From Octopus bimaculoides (Eukaryota), in NCBI RefSeq assembly GCF_001194135.2, contig NC_068989.1, positions 29,101,987 to 29,165,986 on the forward strand: a DNA stretch of 64,000 bases. The letters run 5' to 3'. Below are positions 1-11,498 of the stretch, in pieces. Numbering within the stretch: position 1 is the stretch's first letter; every line of letters starts with the position of its first letter. The notes beneath the pieces were generated by a model. The model saw only the letters and a list, made by a program, of their open reading frames with translations. It searched no databases and had not been told where the DNA came from. Made by a program: the position numbers and the translations under genes.

Positions 1-203
1 GGCCGTTTTCGTGCGGGTGACACGTAAAAGCACCCACTACACTCTCTGAGTGGTTGGCGTTAGGAAGGGCATCCAGCTGTAGAAACTCTGCCAAATCAGA
101 CTGGAGCCTGGTGTTGCCATCCGGTTTCACCAGTCCTCAGTCAAATCGTCCAACCCATGCTAGCATGGAAAGCGGACGTTAAACGATGATGATGATGATG
201 ATG
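1..203 (+). mobile_element. RTE-type 3' tail repeat, 5' end cut by the window edge
   Basis: Same conserved tail, ending in (GAT)n. Confidence 0.85.
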
Positions 204-1481
204 AAGGATGAATTATGATGATGTTGTTGGTGTTAGGTGCAGTAAGAGCTGGTAGTAGTGATGTCAGCAGTGATGAATTTCATCGTCCTAACACAGAAAA
301 AGTGAGCAATGGCTTCCTGGAGGGAAACACAAGTTAGACTTCTTAAATGAAGAAAAACTGATTTATTTAAGGAAATTGCTGGGCTCCATTATGAAAGGTA
401 GAAACTCCAAGCTATGTAAAATATGGCCCAGACTGTGATTACCAGCATGAACGTCAAACTTCAAAAAGTAGTTAACCATTTAATGGCTTTAGTAAATTCA
501 TACAGAAAAAGTAAGCATTATACCGTCCAGCATAAATGAAAGTCAAGTTCATTATATTTTTTCTGTAAAAACCTATTTTGACATTAAACGAGTCAACTTC
601 CAGGACGAACGTTTACATTTGTACGTCATTTTTCAACAAAAAAAAATTTTTTTTTTAATTCTGGAAACAATCTTCTCATATGCACCCCCTAAAATTTATT
701 TTTGCTTTTGCGAAAAAAAAAGTGCATAAGTTACATAAGGTTTTATGGTACTTTTAATCTAATTATATATGCTCTTTGTAATGATGAGGTGTGTCACTTT
801 AAGCAGATTGGACTTGTCTGAAGAAGTAGCTGCATGCCAAGGAAACACTGGAGTAACAGGCCACTTGACTGGGCTGAATGTAACACACACACACTCACAA
901 TTGTCAGTTTGGAACTGAGGATGACTTGGTAATGTACTATGCTTTTGCTAATTGCTTTAGGTTCCTATAAAGTCATGAACAGATATAGATGTCTTCTTGG
1001 GCCTCTCACTTTTGATCCAGCATAACATCTAAGAAGCCATAGTTAAAGAGAGAGGCGGGAGGGGTCACATTAGTGCTCAGCTGGTATCTATTTCAGCTGA
1101 ATTGACTGGAGTATTGTGAAATGAAAAACCTTGCTCAAGGACACAATGCACTACATGGTCCAGGAATCAAATCTACAAACCTGTGACAGTTTGTGTGTGT
1201 GTGTGTGTGTGTGTGCGTGTGCATGCACGCTGAAGGGATTTGTCTATGCTGCATAAATATATATTTGATGCCAATAAAGTGGATCAGTCAAAGAGCAAAA
1301 GATTCATAATCTCTCCAAACTTCAGAATTATAAGTTCAAGCCTTCTTAAAGTTACTATGTTCTGGCCTATGGTTAAAACACTAACAAAATTTGTTCTAGT
1401 TTGTGTGGTTAGTGGACATTAAGAAGTGTATTTATTCATTTATATATATTTATATATATACATAAGAAAGAAGGAAACAAA

Positions 1482-1526
1482 GGACCACTGATGAGGTCAC
1501 AGAAGTGTGACGAAAGAACTCTGGCC
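1482..1526 (+). ncRNA. Degenerate minimal type I hammerhead ribozyme motif (Penelope-like)
   Basis: ggacca-CTGATGA-g-gtcaca gaag tgtgac-GAAA-gaac-TC-tggcc: both core boxes, a 6-bp stem II, a 2-bp stem III and an imperfect stem I are present. Confidence 0.5.
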
Positions 1527-4109
1527 GAAATAAGATTAAGATTAATGTAATATAAAGCTGAAGCAAATTAACACCAAATATACAGTGCGTGTGTTTTTAT
1601 TGGCTAAACTGGCAATATGACCATCCCCAAGTACAACAACATCTGTTTCAACACACAATTTCACATCAAAAATCTTGCAAAACAAATATGTATATATATA
1701 TATATATCTTTTACTTGTTTCATGCTGGGGCAGTGCCTTGAAGAGTTTAGTGAAACAAATCAATGCCAGTACTTATTTCTTAAATCAATAGCAGTACATA
1801 TTTTTTAAAGTCTATTGATCTCTTTTGGTGAATCATTAAGTTACAGCGATGTAAACATACACGCACATGCATACACATGTTAGTAACAAACTAGAAGAAT
1901 TAGTAATCACATTGAGAAGATAAACAATTCCTTTTAATAGAATTTGTGTTAATTTTCCAGAACCCAAGATTTTGTGCAGATAAAAATCAACAAATTTTCA
2001 ATCAGAATTCAAATCACATATGACATTCTAACTTTAGAGTGGATGTCAACTATAATGGTGGAGTGTATGGATACATTGTTTTATTGCTTTCAGTCATTGG
2101 ACCATAGCCATATGCCTTTATGGATTTGATTGATAATTAACCCAATATCTTGTCTGGTCCTATTTTATCAGGCTTGCATGGTAGAACTGCAAAGTCTACT
2201 GGAAGTAAAAGGATGGCATGGAATACGATGTGGCTGTTTTTGATTCACTCACCAATTCTGCACTTTCTTACCAATACACACACTTTTGATGGTTATTTGC
2301 ACAGTTCCAGTAAAGTTTTGGTCAACTTGTAGCCAATATATAAAACATTTATACAACAGCTTTGAGTAAAGTGCAGAGCAGCTGGATTGAGCTGGGACCC
2401 ATCAAACTGTAAGGTGACCTCAGCTACACAGCTATTCCTACATTCACACATACAAAATACTTAACCTGTTTCCAAAATCTATTGAAGGTCAGAAACATTT
2501 TAATATAAAACTAATTTAGGCACAATACCTGTAATTTTGAGGGGTGAGGATAGTTGAATAAATCAACCCAGAATTCAACTGGTACTTGGCAGGATTTAAA
2601 TTCAAAACATCAAGTGGCGGAACAAATACCCTAAGGCATTTTATCACATATTCTAATGATTCAGTCAAGTCACTACACTAGTTGTTGTCATTGTACTTGT
2701 CATAGTAGTAGTAGTAAATTAGAAGCTAAAATATGCAAGAAAATGAGAATGAAATGACAGTTCATGAAAGGAGGGGTTGGAAATTGGCAGAGGAGGTTAA
2801 CAGATCTGTGAAAATATAGATGTGTACCATCAGTGGATATTATCACTGGCAGAGGATGAAATAAAGAGAAAATGGGAAATATTAGATATTCTAAAAGAAA
2901 ATGACAGGTGTGAAAAGTAATTAAAGCAGAGGAGAATGATAAAGAACAGATAAGTATTCAACAGAATTGAATAGAATTCATAGAAGAAACATTAACATAA
3001 TGTTGTGTGTGTGTGTGTATAGTGAACAGTGTTAAACAAAAATCTCTTTCAATAATAGCATTAAAATGGACAAATTTTTGAACAACTACAAAATGAGAGA
3101 GAGAGAGAGAGAGAGTGTGTGTGTGTGTGTGTGTGTGTGTTTATAAAACTGAAACAAATAGCTGTTAACAGTATTGGATTATAGGTTAAAAGTAGGAACG
3201 TGCACACACAAATATACGTGAGCACACAAAGAATAGTGGGAGAAAAAAAATGATGCATGTGTTAATAAGTTTGATATGATTTTTTTCTAAAATCCTGATA
3301 ATCTTTGTACAAGTGGTAGAGCAAAATAAAAATATACTTCCAAGGCTATACATCATAATACTGAATGCAATGTTTAGAGCATCATTCAATGATTATCAAG
3401 CGTTTATTAAGAAGTTATTCACAACAGAAACAAGCAGTACCATAACAGTCCAAAGTTAGAAATTCTTTGTTTGTCTACTTTGACTGAAGATTGCTTTACA
3501 ATCCTAGTTTTCATTATAATACTGACACAGCACCTGCAACAAGTGTCTACAGCAGTGAAATTAGGTAAGCAGAAATTATGTAAAAGATTGTTGGATAGAT
3601 TGTATACACAGCTTAACTACACAGAGTCTGCTGGAGTATTGCATTAAGCATATATATCATTGTCTGTGAAGTACTCAGCTACTTATACTAAAATACAACA
3701 AAGAAGTAATAGATCTACTGAGTGAACAACTGGAACAGTTGTTTGTTGAAGCTGATATTATATCAGTTAACATGTGTAAGATGTAAATAGTACATGTTCT
3801 TAGGTAATTATGTCAGAGATGTTTTAGGGTAAAAGACAGCATTCTGCTCCAAGTTATTGTTGTCTGACAGTAAGAAAGGTAAACATACGAGTATTATTTC
3901 TGTAATCTCTTGTCTGTATATATTTGTTGTTTGCTTTTGATATCAACCCACCTGACTTTGCCTTTAGTTCTTTGACACAAAACCTATTTTAATGTGCTTG
4001 TATCTGTATTAAAACATTCCATCATAATTTTATATAAGAACTTTTTGTTAAGTTACATAATAATAATAATTTCTGATTTAGACACAAGGCCAGTAATTTT
4101 AAAGGAGAA

Positions 4110-4700
4110 GGATTTAGTCAATACCATTTGACCCCAGTGCTTGACTGGTAGTTTATCGACTCCAGAGGGATGAATGGCAAAGTTGATTTCAGCAGAATTT
4201 GAACTCAGAATGTAAACAGCAGGAAGATGTACCACAAGACATTTTGTCCAACACTGTAACAATTCTGCCAATTCACAACTTTCACTATAATAATAAAATA
4301 ATATAGTATACATCTGCACAGGCCACAGTCTTAGGGACAGAGAAACAAGTGATTAAATACAGCCTGGTATTTAACTGATACTTTATTTTATTAACTCCAG
4401 AATGGAGAAAAGGCAAAGTTGACCTCAGTGAGATATGAACTCAGAATGTAAAGAGCTTGAAGAATGGCCACTCATTGCCTTTATCATAATAATTCTAATT
4501 TTAACACAAGATCAGTGGTTTTGAGGGAAGGAGGAGTTGATTACATTGGTTCTAGTGCTCAACTGGTACTTATTTTATTGACCTCTAAAAGGATGAAAGG
4601 CAAAGTTGACCTTGATGGTATTTGAACTCAGAACATAAAATGCCAGAAGAAATGCCACTAAATATTTTCTCTGGTGTGCTAATGAGTCTGCCAGCTCACC
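4110..4700 (-). mobile_element. Cluster of three decayed tRNA-derived SINE copies (gaactcagaatgtaa / gtcgacc..atgaaaggc family)
   Basis: Reverse complements of the SINE at 38175 and 44783. Further copies near 2520-2640 and 5596-5900. Confidence 0.75.
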
Positions 4701-4705
4701 GCTTT

Positions 4706-4793
4706 AATAATAATAATAGTAATAATAACAATAATAATAATAATAGTAATAATAACAATAATAATAATAAGAAGAAGAAGAAGAAGAAGAAGA
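4706..4793. repeat. (AAT)n/(AAG)n compound microsatellite
   Basis: Directly visible. Confidence 0.95.
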
Positions 4794-5241
4794 ATATGTA
4801 CATTGTTTTGTTTTGGTATAAAAGATGGGCTACACTTGCTTGTCAGTTGTTTGACCTTAACCAGTTGATTATATCCCTTAGTGGCTGAAGATATGTACAT
4901 CTCTGATCATGATCAGAAATAGTGGGGGAGTATTGTAGCCATGTGTTGAGAGGAATCCTCTGGAAACATGGATGTTTTGTTCATCATCCTTAAAACAAAT
5001 CCTATTCAGGGACCTTTTGAGTGGGATGGGCTACTCGACCTGAAGAAAATTCTAACTGGGCTCCACCTGCAAGGTCATGTGCTGTTTATCTTGATATGAG
5101 ATCACCATGTCATGCACATATGGTTGCGATGCATGTGCCTAGTGTATCCTTATCAGACACGAGTACTCATGATGGGTATATTGGGCTTCATATATTTGTA
5201 CCCCAGTGTCACTTTGATACCATGCACTGCTCTCTCACTCA

Positions 5242-5280
<39 letters not shown>
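4794..5280 (+). mobile_element. Interspersed repeat with (AAT)n tail, family unassigned
   Basis: GC-richer, non-coding block bounded by microsatellites and ending ...ctctctcactcag(TAA)n; looks like a retroposon 3' end. Confidence 0.5.
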
Positions 5281-5281
<1 letters not shown>

Positions 5282-5595
5282 GAGAGATATGACAGGTTAG
5301 CTTGGAAAGTTAAGCAGTTGTGGTCGATGAAAAAGGTAGCAGTAGTACCAATAATTGTCAAAACCCTGGGAACAGCGAGCAAAAATCTCGAGAAGTACGT
5401 GGAATAAATAGGGGCTGCAATAAGGGTGGAGCACTTGCAGAAAACAGCACTGCTTGGAACCACCCAAATACTCTGGAAGGTGCTCGAAAAATAAGAGGTG
5501 TTACCTTAGTTCACTGGTAGTGAACAGCTGACACCGCAGTACATCTCCAGTGTTAGAAGCTGTGCAAAGGCAATGATAATAATAATAATAATAAT
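5281..5595 (+). mobile_element. 5'-truncated R4/Dong-like (restriction-like endonuclease) non-LTR element in an (AAT)n tract
   Basis: Frame from 5282: ERYDRLAWKVKQLWSMKKVAVVPIIVKTLG...*...LQKTALLGTTQILWKVLEK*, a typical RLE C-terminus. Short 3' UTR, (AAT)n on both sides. Confidence 0.8.
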
Positions 5596-7794
5596 CCTTT
5601 CTACTATAGACACAAAGCCTGAAATTTTGGGAGAGGGGTTAGTTGATTATGTTGACGCCAGTACTCTACTGGTATTTACTTCATTGACCCCCAAAAGGGG
5701 TTAATTATAATAATAATAATAGTTTTCTAGCATAAGCACAAGTCAAGAAATTTTAAGGGAATGATACAGTCAATTAAATTGATTCTTAGTACATATCTAA
5801 ATATCGTTTTGTATGAGCTACAAATGATGACTGGTAAAGTTGACACCAGGGCGATTTGAACTCAGAATGTAATTGAATAATAACTGTATAGCATTTTGTA
5901 CAGCACTCCACGGACTCTGTTTTCCACCACCCTTAAAATTAATAAGTAGCAATGCATTTGATGAGCATTACCCCACTTTCCATAACAAAACTGGTAGAAA
6001 TATTTGAAACAATATTAACCAGAAATATTAATGAATGAGAACAAACCATAATACTTGGCAAATAAAAAAATTGGTCAGTGAAATTGAAATTATTGAAAAG
6101 GTCACAATTGCATGATCAAAAGTTTTGGACTATATAGCTAAAAATGAAGTAAGCAACAACTAGTGTGTGTGTATTTATTGGCAGTATGACCCTCCCAAAG
6201 TATAACAACATCACTTGTGGCACACAATTTCAGATTGAAATTTTTGCAACATAAAATTCAAAATTAAAATGCTCTTCAACAGATTATTTGTTTGCCCTAT
6301 ACCTTAGCTCACTCCTTCTATATGTGGTCAGTGTTCTTAGTATATTTGCACTAGCAATTACTACAGTCAACAATATATGGAAGGAAGTGTGTTACTTTAT
6401 TGCCGTTGTTGTTTAGCTCTAGGTCATCGCTGAATGAAAAAACCTATAATTAAAAGTATTCCAGATGAAAGATAACATTACCTAAAGTATTCTTCTGTCT
6501 TTAAAATGGTAGGGTGTGAGTTAATGGTAACTTGATTGCTATTTCTAGCAGGTTGAACTAGCTACTGCATAGTGACTGCCTTGTTGGTTATGTGTAGTTG
6601 AGTGTATGAACATACTTCTTCTGTTGTGCATAATAAGTATTTTTTATATCTATATTTTTATATAACCTGTACCACACCTAGTATATGTAGAAGATGCTGA
6701 AGACAAAAACTTGTTAAAAAAAAAAAGGATATTCAACTTTGCTTATAAAATAAACGATTTGCACTTAGTCTGAAAAATTTAAGTGTCCATTGCTGAACCT
6801 ATTTCAATGTGAGGGAAATACATTTTATAATCATAGGTCTGCTTCATTAGAACTAGCCTGGAATAAGCAACAATAACTACAACAACGATATTCTGAAGGT
6901 TCTATTATGTATATCAATTCCTGTCTTGGTCCAAGCTTTAACCATTGTTTTTGCCAATACTACCTTTCATAAATAACCATTTAACAGTCAGATTCAAACT
7001 ATTCCAAATTTGATATCTGTGTTTATTACCACTAAATACAACCTTGTTTCAACAAATTTCTATTCAGTAATCATAATTAATTTTGTTAGTAACATATTAC
7101 TTGCTTTTCTCTCTCTCTCTATTATTCCCAGATCACTTTGTTAATGTACACACATCTACTGAACATTACAAATACTGCAATTCACATTTGTTGCATTTCT
7201 TTTTTAGGTCATATCTCAGTATCATAATATAGTAGTGAGATCTACACACACACACACACACAAACCAAAACCATAGCCTCTCTATAGTTACAGCCTACTA
7301 CTATCACATTAGACTAATGTAGTTCTGGATCTGTAAAGACTTATGATAGGTCTACTTGATATCTGGGTTAAATTGGAGCTAAACAACACACGCACAAACT
7401 GTAGATATTTTAATTTCTATAATATTACCATCACAAATATATTTAAAAATCTAATTAGTAGACTTTGCTAACTAGACATGCAGAAATTAAAATAAGTGCT
7501 CTTGTATGCAATGCCAGGTGAATGACTGCATTGTCAGCACATCTGAAAATGCCATACCTACAATGAATTAACAAATTGTCCTGTATACAATGCAGCACCA
7601 TTGTTTGAAAGTAAAATTAGATAGCATTCAATTCAATACATTGTTCATTATATATAACAAAATGTAGAATGCCTTAAATTTCTCTCCAACACACACTTTT
7701 TCATTGTATATAAATTTAATAAAATTCAGATAGGCATTAAAACTATCTCTCTCAAACACAGAATTTCATTATTTCACTTTCAAGCACCAATTTC

Positions 7795-8612
7795 TATGAA
7801 GTGATATTAAAAAGTTCCCAGACTAGTTATGTTTAATAAAAAATTACTTATTTACCAAAGTTTTAACATCATCTCCTTCAAAATAGTCACCTTGTGCAGC
7901 AATACACTGGTCCCAGCATTCCTGCCACTTTTGGAATCTGACCTGAAAGTCGTTTTCCATAAGCAAGCTAAGAATCTTCTGTGATTCACACTGGATCTCA
8001 ACAACGGTGTTAAAACAGTGACCTTTAAGCTGCATTTTCCTCTTGGGGAAGAGATGGAAGTCTGCTGGTGCTAAATCTGGCAAATAGGGTAGATGCAGAA
8101 GCGATACCGTGTTGTTTTTGTGAGGAGAGCTTGGTGAAGAATCTAATTCTTCGCATTCTGTAGATTCAGTTGCTTTCACCGAATGTCCTCTCTCAAATGC
8201 TTCAAAACATCACAGTAGAACACTCAATTGATGGTCTAGCCCTGGGGGACAAATTCTTGATGCACAATACCACATTTCCAGGGAGGCTCGTCTGTTTTTG
8301 AAGCGCCTGTGCCACTCAAAACATTGCGTACAGCCCATTGCCTCATCACCATAAGCATGCTCAATGTCTCTATAGCAGACTTCCCAAATTTAATGCAAAT
8401 TTTATGTTGGCTCTTTGTTCCTGTCCATGACAAAATCACAGACTACAGCATGCATGTGATCACAAAAACACAAATTTCACAACTTGCGAAGTAAACACAG
8501 CAATGTCATTCAGTATACTGTCACATGAAGGTCACCGCGAGTTCTCACTTTGCACACAGCTGTATGTTGCCATCTGTTGGCACGCTACAGAACTTTTTGA
8601 CACAACCTCGTA
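7795..8612 (-). mobile_element. Internally deleted mariner element
   Basis: TA-flanked degenerate TIRs; ORF contains HLPYLPDLAPADFHLFPK (YSPDLAPxD motif) and WQECWDQCIAAQGDYFEG. Same family as 42658-43483. Confidence 0.88.
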
Positions 8613-8730
8613 CATAACTAACAGCATTGTCCACCTTTATAATGGTGTAGTGTTAATGATTTATTTACTTATATTTGTAGCAAATTCAGATAACCACTGT
8701 CTGTCAGAGCCAATGAAGGAAGCTCCAATG

Positions 8731-9280
8731 CAGTGGTTCTCAAAATAGGGTCTGCAGTCCCCGAGGGGATACCTAAGGGTCGCTGAAGTATTAATGAAAA
8801 CAGGATGACTTGAGACAGTTAATTTTTAAAATTTCAAGACTTTCAATTTGTCACATGCTATCATCCTTTCTTGTCATTGGCCTCAAAAACCCATGTCACT
8901 CCTACACACTCATTTGCTAATCACACTTGTACAACAAGTGTGATTGGTCGATAGAAAATATGCAGATATAATGGTTGATCATGCATGTGCTGTTGATATT
9001 TTTCGTTTCTCATTCGTCTTGTAACCAACTGATCAACTGATTCCCCATATTTTCATGTGCATTTATTGTATCTCAATGGGGCATTGACTGGATTAAGTCG
9101 TGGTTTTCAGGGTTGCAGGTCTATGGGCAGTGTGGTTCATAGTCTGAAATTCATGGTACATGAATGTATGTCAGTTTTTTACCATGTTGATTACCTTGCA
9201 TTTTATAGGGGACTGCAAGTCATTGAAAAAACTGTGATGAGACTGGCACGTAAAATTTTTTGAAAAGTTTGCTTGCCCTG
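8731..9280. mobile_element. hAT (Charlie-like) non-autonomous relic
   Basis: Starts cagtggttctcaaa and ends aaaagtttgcttgccctg (degenerate TIR). Confidence 0.4.
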
Positions 9281-9354
9281 GTACACACAGTAATCAAATC
9301 TTCCTCAAATCACATATCTTAAAAAAGTAAGGACACATTGGACAAAGTAGGCTT

Positions 9355-9650
9355 ACGAGTGTGGTCTGAAAAGTTCATAGCCTAGTCAGTGAAGGAGTGA
9401 TGCTAGAGCTGTGAAATCTGGCATGCATTAATTTCAACCCTTCTTAATAACTGCATTGTTTCTTTCCAGGTAAACTGACATCTGACTGTTCAACAAAGAC
9501 TTCAAAAGTAACAAGCAGTGAAAATGCCAAAATTTGGCATTGAGGTGTTATCAAGTACCTGCAGAAAAACAGTTTAGTCCTCAGTGACATAATCGCTACA
9601 TTAGAGATGACGCCCCAACTTTATCAACAGTGCAAAAGTGGGGATAGTCA
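9355..9650 (+). mobile_element. Mariner 5' fragment
   Basis: TIR tacgagtgtggtctgaaaagttcatagcct; colinear with 18949-19660 and 39592-40598. Confidence 0.75.
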
Positions 9651-10151
9651 AGAGAAGGCATTTTGTCATATACCATCTTGGTTAGGGTTGACCAAGCACA
9701 AAATAATAACAAGATCAATGTCTTGACATTATAGGAGTTTTCACAGGGTCACTATCTGCTGGAAGAAATAGCAGTCACACTATATAGTCTTAAAAAAGGA
9801 AGGATGAATTAGATAATGTGTCTGAATACAGGTAAAACTTTGATCAATAGGTCTGACTGATCAGGGCTGATTTGAGGCTAAACAACTAACAGCAATGCAT
9901 GGACAAAACTATGAGCAGCATTAAAAGAAATCTATGAGTTTCTTGCTAACAGAGTCTCAGCTTTGATTATAAATGTACAACACATACAGTGTAGTTTTAT
10001 AAAAGATCCAAATTGAATTTAAATTTAAGTTATAAAAGAAGAAATTTTTCTTTTCCAGAATTGATGAACAGTGGTTAAAAAGTACCTTTCATTTTTTTCA
10101 TATAACAAATTCATTACTATTACACATTAAAGAACCATAAATGATACATAC

Positions 10152-10259
10152 CTAATAATTTATTTACATGGTTTTCCTGTACATCATCAGATTCTTTTAA
10201 AACTCCTTTTCGTATTAACTCCTCTCGCGTGGAACGCATAGATATTTTTCTCTCTAAAT
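10152..10259 (-). CDS. PHACTR: PHACTR-family exon encoding the N-terminal RPEL (G-actin-binding) repeat
   Basis: Acceptor cttgctttcag| and donor TTAG|gtatgt; 108 nt, phase 1-1, in frame with the 37.5 kb exon. Translates (D)LERKISMRSTREELIRKGVLKESDDVQENHVNKLL, the RPEL motif that follows the WKW motif in PHACTRs. Confidence 0.93.
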
Positions 10260-10518
10260 CTGAAAGCAAGAGAAATATATACAATACACACACACACATA
10301 TATATATAAAATTATGACACCAGAAATATTCTTTCAAATGTTAAGAAAAGAAATCCTTTAAAAACAAAATGAAAGTAAAAGATAATGCAAAATAGGATCT
10401 TCAATATGTTACTTTGAATAGATTGAGAAAGGAAACAAAATTGTTTTAATCGCTGTTTTGGGGTTTTTTTTTACAGCATCTAATATTGTAAGGGTAGTTT
10501 CAAACTAATTAAAACATA

Positions 10519-11021
10519 TATTGGGTCATCCCATAAATAATGCTGTGTTTTCAATTGCATGAAGTAAAAGTCAGAGGGAAACATGATAAACTACTTGCAT
10601 CAACTTGCTATAAAAGCAGGTAGTAATTCTAACTTCTGTTTAGTCTTAATGCAAGTTTTGAAGAGTGCAGTTAAATTTTAACAGTTATGTTTTTAATGTT
10701 ATAATGAAAGTAGCAAAGGAGCATATTTGGTATATTTTACCTTATTAGTTCAATAAAGGCAATATGTGGAGGAATATTAATGCAGTGTATGGGGATGGAA
10801 CAAGTGTAAGCCAGTGTCAACGGTGGTTCCTGAAATTCCGAGCCAATGACTACAGCTTAGAAATTAAGCCTCGTCCTGGAAGATCTGTAGAGCTCAAAGA
10901 GGATGTCCTGCAAAACCTGGTGGGGCAAAATCCCATTGTAACTGTTGGGGAGCTAGCAGAGATGCTTGAATTTGGTCATTCAACCATTTATCGACACTTG
11001 CATGCCATTGGTGAAATCTGA
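10519..11021 (+). mobile_element. Mariner 5' fragment (helix-turn-helix region)
   Basis: tattgggtcatccc terminus; ORF ...CQRWFLKFRANDYSLEIKPRPGRS...TVGELAEMLEFGHSTIYRHLHAIG. Confidence 0.85.
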
Positions 11022-11149
11022 TTTAAGGAGACTTGGTTGCTATCTCTGACAGATTGAACCACTATGGCAGAGGTACCCAATTGTAGGTAGTTTAGCTCCA
11101 AGCTAGACATTATCATGCAGACTGATTTACGATCAAAGGTGCTCCAAAT

Positions 11150-11422
11150 ATAGCAATCCTCTTATTGAGACATAAGGTCTTTGCATTTATGAACAACCAA
11201 GTATCTCACTTTCTGGTGAGAATGTAGTCAACCTGGCTAGTGATTGATTGATAGGTGAACAGGTGACTGCCTGGCTTTCAGAAGTTGGTGTTGCAGATTA
11301 TTAGGTTATTTGCACCATAGAACTCCAGTAACCTTGCTCCCTCCTTATTACAGAACCAACTCTATGGCTACCATATACATCACTGAAGACATCTGGAAGC
11401 TGCTCAACATATCCAGTGAAGT

Positions 11423-11426
<4 letters not shown>
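11150..11426 (-). mobile_element. RTE endonuclease fragment followed by (CA)n
   Basis: Colinear with the GDFNGHVG...IDYILT region of the RTE at 12.8-13.0 kb. Confidence 0.75.

Positions 11427-11498
<72 letters not shown>

Noticed and set aside
7480-7590. Possible next PHACTR exon after ttcattgtag on the minus strand
   Set aside because: The phase-compatible frame reaches a stop with no donor and no PHACTR similarity.
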